DNA of 64,000 nt from Hydrogenophilales bacterium (GTDB lineage Bacteria; Pseudomonadota; Gammaproteobacteria; Burkholderiales; Eutrophovitaceae): the NCBI GenBank assembly GCA_902601765.1, contig CACKOO010000002.1:28130-92129 (forward strand), given 5' to 3'. Below are positions 18,808 through 27,732 of the stretch, piece after piece. The notes beneath the pieces are model-generated. The model did not search any database. It worked only from the letters and a program-made list of their open reading frames with translations, and was not told where the DNA came from. Positions within the stretch are counted from its first letter, which is position 1; each line of letters opens with the position of its first letter. The translations under genes and the position numbers were made by a program.

Positions 18808-19517
18808 GAAATATATTTTATTTGACCCTGTTAATCACTAATCTAGCTTGTTCAGCTGATACGGTGGTAAAGCTAGATGATGCAAACATTGATTTGAATG
18901 ATGGTCTTTCGATACAGCGGGGCGCGCGAACTTACATCAATTACTGCTTGGGTTGCCACCAAGCTTCCTACATGAGATTTAATAGATTAGGGGATATCGG
19001 CCTTTCCAAAGAGCAAATCAAAGAGCATTTGATCCTTGGACAACAAAAAATTGGTTCACCAATGCTAAATAATATGTCAAAAGAGGATGCAGAATCGTGG
19101 TTTGGGGTTTTGCCCCCGGATTTGTCAGTTATTGCAAGGTCTAGGGGTGCTGATTGGCTCTATACTTACCTTAGATCTTTTTATCGTGATTCTAAAACTG
19201 CCACTGGCTGGAACAATTTGTTATTCCCGAATGTGGGAATGCCCCACATTCTGTGGGAAATTCAGGGTGTTTTGACGTTAAAAGCCAGCGATTTAGATGA
19301 AACCAGAGGCGAGCTGGCTGTAATATCAAAAGGTCATTTGAATAAGATAGAATATGATGGTTTTGTGCGTGATCTTGTCAATTATTTAGTTTTTATGGGA
19401 GAGCCTGCTAGAACCCTACGAGTTCGAATAGGTATAGTAATTTTATTTGCTTTAAGTATTTTTCTTGTTCTTGCGTGGATTTTGAAAAAAGAATATTGGA
19501 AAGATGTTACTCACTAA
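18804..19517 (+). CDS. petC: cytochrome c1
   Basis: Signal peptide, CLGCHQ haem motif and a C-terminal membrane anchor. It overlaps the petB stop by 4 nt. Confidence 0.93.
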   Translation: MRNIFYLTLLITNLACSADTVVKLDDANIDLNDGLSIQRGARTYINYCLGCHQASYMRFNRLGDIGLSKEQIKEHLILGQQKIGSPMLNNMSKEDAESWFGVLPPDLSVIARSRGADWLYTYLRSFYRDSKTATGWNNLLFPNVGMPHILWEIQGVLTLKASDLDETRGELAVISKGHLNKIEYDGFVRDLVNYLVFMGEPARTLRVRIGIVILFALSIFLVLAWILKKEYWKDVTH

Positions 19518-19537
19518 CACAATAAGGATATGACCCC

Positions 19538-20137
19538 ATGATGACCCTTTATTCTGGAACAACATGCCCATTTAGTCAGCGCTGCAGAATAGTCTTGTAT
19601 GAAAAAGGAATGGACTTTGAAGTGGTAGATGTTGATTTAGAGAACAAGCCTGAAGATTTGGTTATTATGAACCCTTATAACCGAACGCCGGTTCTGGTGG
19701 AAAGAGATCTTGCCTTATTCGAGTCCAACATCATTAATGAATACATAGATGATAGGTTTCCACATCCTCAATTAATGCCAGCTGATCCTGTAATGCGAGC
19801 AAGAGCTCGTTTATTTCTCTTCCGCTTCGAAAACGAATTATTCTATCATGTTGATGCTTTAGAGCAGGGGACGGCGAAGCAAGCGGAAAAAGCACGATTG
19901 TTTATTAAAGAAAATCTTATGAGAATGGCCCCCGTTTTTAGTAGGCAAAAATACATGTTAGGGGACGAATGTTCAATGTTAGATGTTGCAATAGCGCCAC
20001 TTCTATGGAGATTAGAGCGCTACGATATTGTTTTGCCTAAAGGTGCGGTAGCGCTAATGAAGTATGCCGAAAGATTGTTTAGCCGCCCGTCCTATATTGA
20101 ATCCATGACTCCAGCAGAAAAAGCGATGCGAAAATGA
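19538..20137 (+). CDS. sspA: stringent starvation protein A (GST-like)
   Basis: GST fold with a TLYSG..CPFSQRCRIVL N-terminus. It sits in the conserved petABC-sspA-sspB position. Confidence 0.85.
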   Translation: MMTLYSGTTCPFSQRCRIVLYEKGMDFEVVDVDLENKPEDLVIMNPYNRTPVLVERDLALFESNIINEYIDDRFPHPQLMPADPVMRARARLFLFRFENELFYHVDALEQGTAKQAEKARLFIKENLMRMAPVFSRQKYMLGDECSMLDVAIAPLLWRLERYDIVLPKGAVALMKYAERLFSRPSYIESMTPAEKAMRK

Positions 20138-20535
20138 CGGATAATTCTACTACTCCTTATTTTGTACGAGCACTTCACGAGTGGTGCACTGATAATGGGC
20201 TGACACCACAGGTGGTTGTGCGTGTTAATGACATGACACAAGTGCCTGAAGCCTATATCAAAAATGGAGAAATTACCCTAAATATTAGCTATGATGCCAC
20301 CCGTCACCTAAAAATTAGCAATGATCTAATACAGTTTTCAGCTCGTTTTGCTGGTATATCGCATGAGATTGCCATTCCGTTCAGCGCAGTTATTGGGTTC
20401 TTTGCAAAAGAGAGTGGGCAAGGTATGGCGTTTGAAAACCATGACCCAAAAGATAAACACCCTAGTAACCTATCAAAGCCAAGGGGAACCAAGGAAAGAC
20501 CGACAAAAAAAAGACGCCTTCAATTAGTAAAGTAA
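20134..20535 (+). CDS. sspB: ClpXP specificity-enhancing factor SspB
   Basis: PYFVRALHEWCTDNGLTPQVVV N-terminal domain, a basic flexible tail, and a 4-nt overlap with sspA. Confidence 0.85.
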   Translation: MTDNSTTPYFVRALHEWCTDNGLTPQVVVRVNDMTQVPEAYIKNGEITLNISYDATRHLKISNDLIQFSARFAGISHEIAIPFSAVIGFFAKESGQGMAFENHDPKDKHPSNLSKPRGTKERPTKKRRLQLVK

Positions 20536-20544
20536 GGTACGAAA

Positions 20545-20620
<76 letters not shown>

Positions 20621-20768
20621 ATATTTTAAGGGTCAATATGAATATGATTTTATTAAAGTGCGGGTAGGGCAACAACCAAAATAACGGATTTTATGGTTTA
20701 TTGATTTGAAATTCCCATTAAGATCTACTGTATGATAGCTTACTGGTAAATGATTAGGAAAATTTTAA

Positions 20769-21173
20769 ATGCGTTTGTACGATGAAATTAAAACCACGAA
20801 TTTCTGCATTTTACTCAAACGGTTCTTTGGCATAATCTTAATTATACCGTGTGGTTTTTTCAGTCAGCCACTGCCTGCCGACGAAGCGAGGCTTAGCTTC
20901 GAGCAAGCTCGAATGCGCGTTACCCATGCTCGTGAGCGACTTTCGGTTCTTAACAAAGAATACGAACTTATTTCGCAAGAAGAAATAACTGTCATTCAAA
21001 AACTTGAACAGGCAAAAATACGTTATGCTGCGGCACAATCATTGTACGAAAAAATAAAAACAATCAGGCAGCAGAAAAAAACCGAAATAGAGAAAGCCGC
21101 AGAGGTTTTAAAAAACAACCGCCAGCAATTTAAGAAAATTCGTGTCGAAAATCGCAATGGGCAAAGCGAGTAG
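20769..21173 (+). CDS. hypothetical secreted/anchored coiled-coil protein
   Basis: 134-aa ORF with a hydrophobic N-terminal segment (FFGIILIIPCGFF) followed by a heptad-like, K/E/Q-rich region. I recognise no family. Confidence 0.35.
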   Translation: MRLYDEIKTTNFCILLKRFFGIILIIPCGFFSQPLPADEARLSFEQARMRVTHARERLSVLNKEYELISQEEITVIQKLEQAKIRYAAAQSLYEKIKTIRQQKKTEIEKAAEVLKNNRQQFKKIRVENRNGQSE

Positions 21174-21199
21174 TATTTTTATTTATTGTGGAGTAAAAA

Positions 21200-22369
21200 A
21201 TGAAAATTCATGAACATCAAGCCAAACAGATTCTTCGGGAATTTAATATCCCGGTTCCTAAAGGGCAGGAATGTTTTGCGATCGATGAGGCAGTCAATGC
21301 CGCCGAGGATATAGGCGGGAAAATTTGGGTTGTAAAAGCACAGATCCATGCGGGAGGTAGAGGAAAGGGCGGTGGAGTGAAGGTTGCAAACTCGATTTCT
21401 GAAGTTAAAGAATTTGCCAGTCAAATTTTAGGAATGCAGTTAATAACCCACCAAACTAGTGCTGATGGACAAAAGGTTCGTCGGTTGTTAGTCGAAGAAG
21501 GTGTTGAGATCGAAAAAGAGTATTACCTTGGCTTAGTTGTAGATAGGGCATCGCAAAAAGTTTGCGTTATGGCATCTTCAGAGGGTGGAATGGAAATTGA
21601 AAAAGTCGCGGAGGAAACACCAGAAAAAATTCATAAGGTGTTAGTTAATCCAGAAGGGGGTTTGTCTCATGAAGACAGTTTAATGCTGGCCGAAAATATT
21701 GGAATCCCACGATTAGCATTAGAATCTGCCGCGAACGTCTTACAACAATTATATAAATGCTACTGGGAAACAGATGCCACTCTGGTAGAGATCAATCCAT
21801 TAGTTTTAACTAAGGATGACAAGATTATTGCCTTGGATGCAAAGATGAATTTCGATGATAATGCACTCAGTAGACAGTCAATGGTAAATAGTATGCGAGA
21901 TTTTTCTGAGGAGGATGAGGCGGAAATCGAAGCATCTAAACATGACCTATCTTACATATCGTTGGAGGGTAATATTGGATGTATGGTAAATGGTGCGGGC
22001 CTTGCAATGGCTACAATGGATACCATAAAACTTTTTGGAGCTGAGCCGGCCAATTTTTTAGATGTGGGGGGAGGGGCAACTGCAGAAAAAGTCACTGAGG
22101 CTTTTAAATTGATGTTACAAAATCCTCGACTGAAGGCTATTTTGGTAAATATTTTTGGTGGAATAATGCAATGCGATGTGATTGCTGAGGGAGTAGTGAC
22201 CGCCGCTCGACAGGTTGAACTTGATGTGCCACTGGTTGTTCGAATGAAAGGAACAAATGAGGAAGTTGGCAAACAGATACTGGCCAATTCTGGATTGCCG
22301 ATTATTTCTGCGAACAATATGTCAGATGCGGCGCAAAAAGTGGTGGATGCAATAAAAGGGGCAGCTTAA
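21200..22369 (+). CDS. sucC: succinyl-CoA synthetase beta subunit
   Basis: [16 protein letters not shown]-terminus, an ATP-grasp domain and a [18 protein letters not shown] motif. Confidence 0.97.
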   Translation: MKIHEHQAKQILREFNIPVPKGQECFAIDEAVNAAEDIGGKIWVVKAQIHAGGRGKGGGVKVANSISEVKEFASQILGMQLITHQTSADGQKVRRLLVEEGVEIEKEYYLGLVVDRASQKVCVMASSEGGMEIEKVAEETPEKIHKVLVNPEGGLSHEDSLMLAENIGIPRLALESAANVLQQLYKCYWETDATLVEINPLVLTKDDKIIALDAKMNFDDNALSRQSMVNSMRDFSEEDEAEIEASKHDLSYISLEGNIGCMVNGAGLAMATMDTIKLFGAEPANFLDVGGGATAEKVTEAFKLMLQNPRLKAILVNIFGGIMQCDVIAEGVVTAARQVELDVPLVVRMKGTNEEVGKQILANSGLPIISANNMSDAAQKVVDAIKGAA

Positions 22370-23250
22370 TGGCGATACTTATAGATAAAAATACCCGAGT
22401 AATGACTCAAGGAATCACTGGAAAGACAGGACAATTTCATACCCGTTTGAGCAGGTCGTACGGTAATGGTTCCGCTGGATATGTGGCTGGCGTTCATCCC
22501 AAAAAAGCGGGGCAGGATTTTGAAGGTATCCCTATATTCAGCACGGTAGCAGAGGCTAAAGAAAAGACGAATGCTAATGTTTCGGTCATTTATGTTCCAC
22601 CATTTGGAGCTGCTGCGGCAATTTGGGAGGCGGTGGTTGCCGGCGTGGAACTGGTTATATGCATCACGGAGGGAATACCGGTAAGAGATATGGTTGAGGT
22701 CCGGCAAAAAATGAATGATATTAAAAGTAAGACTCTTCTACTCGGCCCAAATTGTCCGGGTGTTATTACTCCAGAAGAGTTAAAGATTGGAATAATGCCG
22801 GGGCATATTCACAAAAAAGGCGCTATTGGGGTAGTTTCAAGGTCAGGAACTTTAACTTATGAGGCTGTCGGGCAGCTAACTGAACTTGGTCTAGGGCAAA
22901 GTACTGCGGTCGGTATTGGTGGTGACCCAGTCAATGGTTTAAAGCACATAGATATCCTAAAGTTATTTAATGAAGACCCAAAGACAGACGCGGTTGTGAT
23001 GATTGGGGAAATTGGAGGTTCCGATGAGGAAGTTGCAGCCGAGTGGGCGAAGGAAAATATGGTTAAACCCGTAATAGGGTTTATCGCTGGAGTAACTGCT
23101 CCGCCCGGAAAGCGGATGGGTCATGCGGGAGCCATAATAGCTGGTGGAAAAGGAACCGCAGAAGAAAAATTATCAGTTATGGAAGCTTGCAATATAAAAA
23201 CAACCCGAAACCCTGCAGAAATGGGCAAATTGCTCAAATCAGTACTCTGA
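22369..23250 (+). CDS. sucD: succinyl-CoA synthetase alpha subunit
   Basis: [22 protein letters not shown]-terminus and a GHAGAII phosphohistidine loop. It overlaps sucC by 1 nt. Confidence 0.97.
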   Translation: MAILIDKNTRVMTQGITGKTGQFHTRLSRSYGNGSAGYVAGVHPKKAGQDFEGIPIFSTVAEAKEKTNANVSVIYVPPFGAAAAIWEAVVAGVELVICITEGIPVRDMVEVRQKMNDIKSKTLLLGPNCPGVITPEELKIGIMPGHIHKKGAIGVVSRSGTLTYEAVGQLTELGLGQSTAVGIGGDPVNGLKHIDILKLFNEDPKTDAVVMIGEIGGSDEEVAAEWAKENMVKPVIGFIAGVTAPPGKRMGHAGAIIAGGKGTAEEKLSVMEACNIKTTRNPAEMGKLLKSVL

Positions 23251-23278
23251 TCAGAATAAAAATAATAGGTTAAAAGTA

Positions 23279-23977
23279 GTGCACTCCTCACTCACACTAG
23301 ACATATCAAGTCCACAATTTTGGGTTGCTGTTGGCCAGATTATTATTATCGATTTACTTCTATCTGGAGATAATGCGATGGTTATTGCCATGGCATGTCG
23401 ACAGTTGCCAGAACGGCAAAGAAAACTAGGAGTTTTTTGGGGTGTTGGAGGAGCCGTAGCTTTACGAGTTTTCCTGACTATTTTTGCTGTCAGTCTTTTA
23501 ACGCTTCCCTATTTAAAGCTTGTTGGAGGAATACTTCTTTTGTGGATTGGTATAAAGCTTGTTTCAGAGGTCAAGACGCAGAATTCTCATAGCGTTATCG
23601 AATCTGTAAGCTTTGGTGCGGCGATTAAGACAATCATTTTAGCTGACCTTGTCATGAGCTTGGATAATGTTGTAGCGGTTGCCGCCGCCGCTAGAGACAG
23701 TTTTTTTCTTTTATTATTTGGCTTAGCGCTGTCTATTCCTTTAATGATCTGGTCTAGCCAATTATTCTTAAAGCTTATAGATCGCTATCCTGTAATAGTA
23801 ATTTTAGGAGGTGGATTATTAGGTTGGATTGCAATCTCAATGGCTACTGCCGACCCTATTTTAGATCAGTTCCGAATTGCTTTAACAGACACAGAGACAC
23901 TTTTTTTAAATTGGTCTCCGTTATTAGGTTTAACACTAGTTGTTTTATTGGGTGCGATTAAAAATAAAAAAGCGTAA
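23279..23977 (+). CDS. TerC-family integral membrane protein
   Basis: Multi-TM protein with the duplicated SGDNAMVIA / SLDNVVAVA motifs typical of TerC/YoaE proteins. Confidence 0.85.
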   Translation: MHSSLTLDISSPQFWVAVGQIIIIDLLLSGDNAMVIAMACRQLPERQRKLGVFWGVGGAVALRVFLTIFAVSLLTLPYLKLVGGILLLWIGIKLVSEVKTQNSHSVIESVSFGAAIKTIILADLVMSLDNVVAVAAAARDSFFLLLFGLALSIPLMIWSSQLFLKLIDRYPVIVILGGGLLGWIAISMATADPILDQFRIALTDTETLFLNWSPLLGLTLVVLLGAIKNKKA

Positions 23978-23986
23978 AAAAAAATT

Positions 23987-25141
23987 TTAGAGATTATCTT
24001 GTAGGGCTTTAATTCTCGCCTCTTTTATCGCCTTCTGAATCTTCTTATGCGCTGTTGTTCCTGCAATGACCTTTTTTAAATCAACGTTTCTTATAACTGA
24101 AAGGACTTTCAGTAAATATTCTTGACTACACGGTTGGTCCTGTCGAATATCTGAAAATAAATAAAGAATTTTGCAAGTTGATAGCAGTTCTTCGAAGCGA
24201 TCAGGTCGTCTGATGCCGTCCGCAGACTCAATTAGTTGGATCAGTTCCTCCCAGTTCAAAGAATATGCTTTGGAAATTTGTGCCTGATGGGTCAATGTTA
24301 GTATTGTAAATCTCTCACAGTTACTCGGTGCTCGGATTGCCTTGAAAAAGACTTTGACCCACTTCAACTGTTTTTCTCGACTTTGATTTTCATTCCATAT
24401 TTTTTGCATCAAGATGGCAAACCGAGAATGCAGAGGATGCCCCAGAACGGCAGCATAATCTACTGATGAAAATAGGTTTTTATACGTATTATGCGTAAAT
24501 TGCTTAAGATTCGTCCCTTCAATTTTGCCAAATAAAAAGAAAAATGCGCCACAATCTATTAAGGTTTTTAGCATTTCAGACGGATACTTTTCCATTATTC
24601 CTTTTGCTAACTCTTGCCATATTCGCTCCGAAACAAGATGGGCTAGCTCTCCACTTTGGACTATTTTTTTTAATAGTATTTTAGTTTCTTTTGCGATAGA
24701 AAATTTGAACTTCGCAGCGAACCGAGCCACCCTTAAAACTCTGAGGGGATCTTCTATGAAAGCAGGGCTAACGTGTCTAATAATTTTGGCATTAAGGTCA
24801 TTAATACCTCCAAAGGGATCGATAATATTTCCACTAATGTCCCTTGCCATAGCATTGATAGTAAGGTCCCGACGTTCTAAGTCTTCCAATAGCGTTACAT
24901 TAGGATCCGAGTATGATTTAAACCCTGTGTATCCGTGCCCAACTTTTTTTTCGGTTCTGGCGAGGGCATATTCGAACTTAGTTTTTGGATGGAGAAATAC
25001 AGGAAAATCATTTCCAACCGAAATAAATCCTTTTTTTTTCATCTCTTGAGGAGAACTATTAACCACCACGTAGTCCTTGTCCTTAGATTCAATTCCTAGG
25101 ATGTTATCGCGAACAGCACCACCGACTAGATATATTTTCAA
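23987..25141 (-). CDS. cca: CCA-adding tRNA nucleotidyltransferase (class II) with degenerate C-terminal HD region
   Basis: MKIYLVGGAVRDNILG, RRDLTINA and EDPLRVLRVARFAA head-domain motifs are nearly identical to E. coli Cca. The HD-domain motifs are not detectable. Confidence 0.9.
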   Translation of the reverse strand: MKIYLVGGAVRDNILGIESKDKDYVVVNSSPQEMKKKGFISVGNDFPVFLHPKTKFEYALARTEKKVGHGYTGFKSYSDPNVTLLEDLERRDLTINAMARDISGNIIDPFGGINDLNAKIIRHVSPAFIEDPLRVLRVARFAAKFKFSIAKETKILLKKIVQSGELAHLVSERIWQELAKGIMEKYPSEMLKTLIDCGAFFFLFGKIEGTNLKQFTHNTYKNLFSSVDYAAVLGHPLHSRFAILMQKIWNENQSREKQLKWVKVFFKAIRAPSNCERFTILTLTHQAQISKAYSLNWEELIQLIESADGIRRPDRFEELLSTCKILYLFSDIRQDQPCSQEYLLKVLSVIRNVDLKKVIAGTTAHKKIQKAIKEARIKALQDNL

Positions 25142-25173
25142 CCAGATTATTCCCTATTGATGAAAACGATTGA

Positions 25174-26130
25174 TTAAACTCTGTTAGCAGAAGACCGACG
25201 TTTTGCACCACGCGTTTGTCTATTATTACTAAATTTCTTACTTAGCATTTCCTCAACCGAGGTTGGGTTGATATCAAAAATTTTGGAAAAATCTTCCTTG
25301 GTAACATTATCAATTTCTAATGATAACAAATTATCCGGTGTTAACACCTTGTAAGGTAAAAGTTCAGAGCACCTAGCCATCAATAAAGAAATGCTATCGG
25401 GAAGAGAAATTATCACTCTCTTTTTTTGAGTAGCTTTGCATATTGTCTCCAACAACTCCTTAAATGTATAAACTTTTGGTCCCCCAACTTCAAGTGTTTG
25501 ATGAAATGTTTTAGTAGAGGCTAAAGATTTTAATACAATTTTCGCTAGATCTTGGACAAAAATTGGTTGGAATTTTGCGTTAGGTTTTATTAAAGGGATT
25601 ACAGGAAATGTTTTAACAATAAAAACAAAAAGGCTAATAAAAGAGTCTCCACGGCCAAATACTATTGATGGTCTAATGATGGTACTACGGATATTGTTTT
25701 TCCCACTTTCTAACCTAATTTGTTGCTCACCTTCCCATTTCGACCGGAGATACTCGCTGACGGAGTCTTTGGTTGCTCCAATTGCTGAAATATGTATTAT
25801 TCGGTTGATATTATTTTTAATACAGGCTTTTAATATTTTTTTGGGTAGGTCAAGATGGACCTTATTAAAGCTGTTTGATTTAGTTTGATGTAATATTCCA
25901 ACTAAATTAACTACGGCATCGCATCCCCTAATCGCATTATCTAATGAGGACTGATCCATGACGTCGGCTTCTATGACATCCACAGCCGGATGAACAATCA
26001 GGTTTGTTTTTATTCTCTCCCGATTACGAGTAGGAATCCTAATGGCAAAGCCCGCTTTAGTAAGTTGGCGAATGATTTCTCTGCCGATAAATCCGGAACC
26101 ACCTAGAAGACAAATTATCTTTTTTCCCAT
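25174..26130 (-). CDS. NAD(P)H-binding protein, complex I NDUFA9-like / atypical SDR family
   Basis: KIICLLGGSGFIGREIIRQL Rossmann motif. The start is taken at ATG 26130, just after GGAGGA. ATG 26145 is the alternative. Confidence 0.7.
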   Translation of the reverse strand: MGKKIICLLGGSGFIGREIIRQLTKAGFAIRIPTRNRERIKTNLIVHPAVDVIEADVMDQSSLDNAIRGCDAVVNLVGILHQTKSNSFNKVHLDLPKKILKACIKNNINRIIHISAIGATKDSVSEYLRSKWEGEQQIRLESGKNNIRSTIIRPSIVFGRGDSFISLFVFIVKTFPVIPLIKPNAKFQPIFVQDLAKIVLKSLASTKTFHQTLEVGGPKVYTFKELLETICKATQKKRVIISLPDSISLLMARCSELLPYKVLTPDNLLSLEIDNVTKEDFSKIFDINPTSVEEMLSKKFSNNRQTRGAKRRSSANRV

Positions 26131-26255
26131 ATTTCCTCCAGACATAATTTTATTTCTTAATTTCCCAATACAACTAATAAATTAAATTAAAGCTACTAAT
26201 AAACTATTGATATTATTATTCTAGGAATATCTCCAGAAGGTCTTTTGCAATAACA

Positions 26256-26343
26256 ATAATATTGTGCGATGAATCACCATACCGTATCGTATTATGTATT
26301 ACTTTTTTTACATATTCCCATATTTCTGTTTACATAATATTGT
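26256..26343. repeat. two perfect copies of ATAATATTGT (26256-26265, 26334-26343); core AATATTGT recurs at 26719-26726
   Basis: Read directly from the sequence of the long spacer between the NDUFA9-like gene and rpiA. Confidence 0.4.
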
Positions 26344-26786
26344 TTATTCAAATCGGCAGAAAAAAACCAAAATACCCCTTCCAAAGGAACCGGTTGATTT
26401 AAAATGTTTTATAAGCGAGGGTATTCAAAACCGAATTACTCAGTTTTTTTATGCATAGTCTTGGCATAGATTTGGGTAGTAAGTCTCGGTGGTAATATTA
26501 ATAATTTCATAAAATAATGGTAGCTTTTATACCTAACTCTCCTTTGGTAGGTTTAACTGTTGCTTTGGTTCGAGATTATTTTTAGCTGCTGTCGTGATTT
26601 GATAGGGGTTGAAAAATCGACTTCTTACATAATAATGGAAAAAATCTAGGATTGAGGTAATTTTGACTCTCAAATATAATGAACTTCTTAAAAGCAAGCA
26701 TGCAAGTTATATTAACCCAATATTGTCGAAGTAACCCATAAATTTATAGTAAATACAGGGAATTTTTCCCCGGGAAAATTGTTGCC

Positions 26787-27452
26787 ATGGATATTAAATA
26801 TAAGTCCAAAAAAGCTGCGGCAGAGTTTGCGGTTACGCTAGTTCCAAAGGGTCAATTTATCGGGGTCGGCTCGGGTTCAACTGTTAATATTTTTATAGAT
26901 GAACTCTCAAAATACAAAACCATAATTCCTGGATGCGTTCCTAGTTCTGAACAGACTAGAATTAACTTAATTAAAAATGGTTTGAAGGTTGTTTCTTTAG
27001 ATGAAGGTTATCCTTTAACGATGTATTTTGATGGTGCTGATGAATTAAATCGAGATGGCCAAATGATCAAGGGAGGTGGTGGTGCGTTAACGAGAGAGAA
27101 AATCGTTGCTGCAGCATCTGCCAAATTCATTTGTATTATTGATGATTCTAAGCTTGTGGAGAGCTTGGGAAAATTTCCTTTACCTTTGGAGGTTATTCCC
27201 ATGGCTGCAGTTTACGTCAAAGCGGAGCTAGTGAAACTGGGAGGGATAGCCTCCACTAGGACTAATTTTCAGACTGATAATGGAAACATCATACTTGACG
27301 TTATTGGCTTGGATTTGTCTGACCCTGATTATCTTGAGAAAACTATTAACAGTATTACAGGGGTTGTGACTAATGGGCTTTTTGCCTCTCGAAAATGTGA
27401 CGAAGTTATAATCGGTTCAATTGAAGGGGTTGAATCTAGGTGTTTCGATTAG
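26787..27452 (+). CDS. rpiA: ribose-5-phosphate isomerase A
   Basis: GVGSGSTV, DGADE and KGGGGALTREK motifs. Confidence 0.93.
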   Translation: MDIKYKSKKAAAEFAVTLVPKGQFIGVGSGSTVNIFIDELSKYKTIIPGCVPSSEQTRINLIKNGLKVVSLDEGYPLTMYFDGADELNRDGQMIKGGGGALTREKIVAAASAKFICIIDDSKLVESLGKFPLPLEVIPMAAVYVKAELVKLGGIASTRTNFQTDNGNIILDVIGLDLSDPDYLEKTINSITGVVTNGLFASRKCDEVIIGSIEGVESRCFD

Positions 27453-27732
27453 TATTATTTTTTCCTTCTTCGTTGTCAGTGCCAGAGGACTCTTGTTTTT
27501 CACAATTAAAAAAATATTTTTCAGTTTCAGCCATTAGAAATTGTCTCGATTTAATCTCTGACAAATTCAGTCGGTATTCGTTGACCAACATTTTTTGTTG
27601 TTCTAGCCATTCCTTCCAAGCTATCTTGGATACATTATCGAATATCTTTTTCCCTAAATCTCCGGGAAAAGGTTGGAAATCAAGCCTCTCCGATTCTCTT
27701 TGAAGTTTCACGCATTTTACAAGTTTTGTCAT
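27436..27732 (-). CDS. yggX: Fe(2+)-trafficking / oxidative-damage protection protein YggX
   Basis: It aligns by eye with E. coli YggX (C..L.RE...LDFQPFPGDLGKKI...SK.AW..W...Q.ML.NE..LN). It overlaps the argA stop by 4 nt. Confidence 0.85.
   Translation of the reverse strand: MTKLVKCVKLQRESERLDFQPFPGDLGKKIFDNVSKIAWKEWLEQQKMLVNEYRLNLSEIKSRQFLMAETEKYFFNCEKQESSGTDNEEGKNNTNRNT

Noticed and set aside
20874-20880. CCTGCCG match to the 3' end of tRNA-Thr as a possible att site of an integrated element
   Set aside because: Only 7 nt match, which is expected by chance. There is no integrase or other mobile gene, and only one small ORF lies between the tRNA and sucC.
24525-25049. 174-aa ORF antisense to cca
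   Set aside because: It is fully embedded in the cca coding region, has no recognisable domain, and has the composition typical of the reverse strand of an AT-rich gene.
26605-26621. GGGGTTGAAAAATCGAC resembling the 5' end of tmRNA (GGGGCTGATTCTGGATTCGAC)
   Set aside because: There is no tRNA-like T-arm/CCA 3' end and no tag-peptide reading frame in the about 165 nt remaining before rpiA. The similarity is limited to a few bases.
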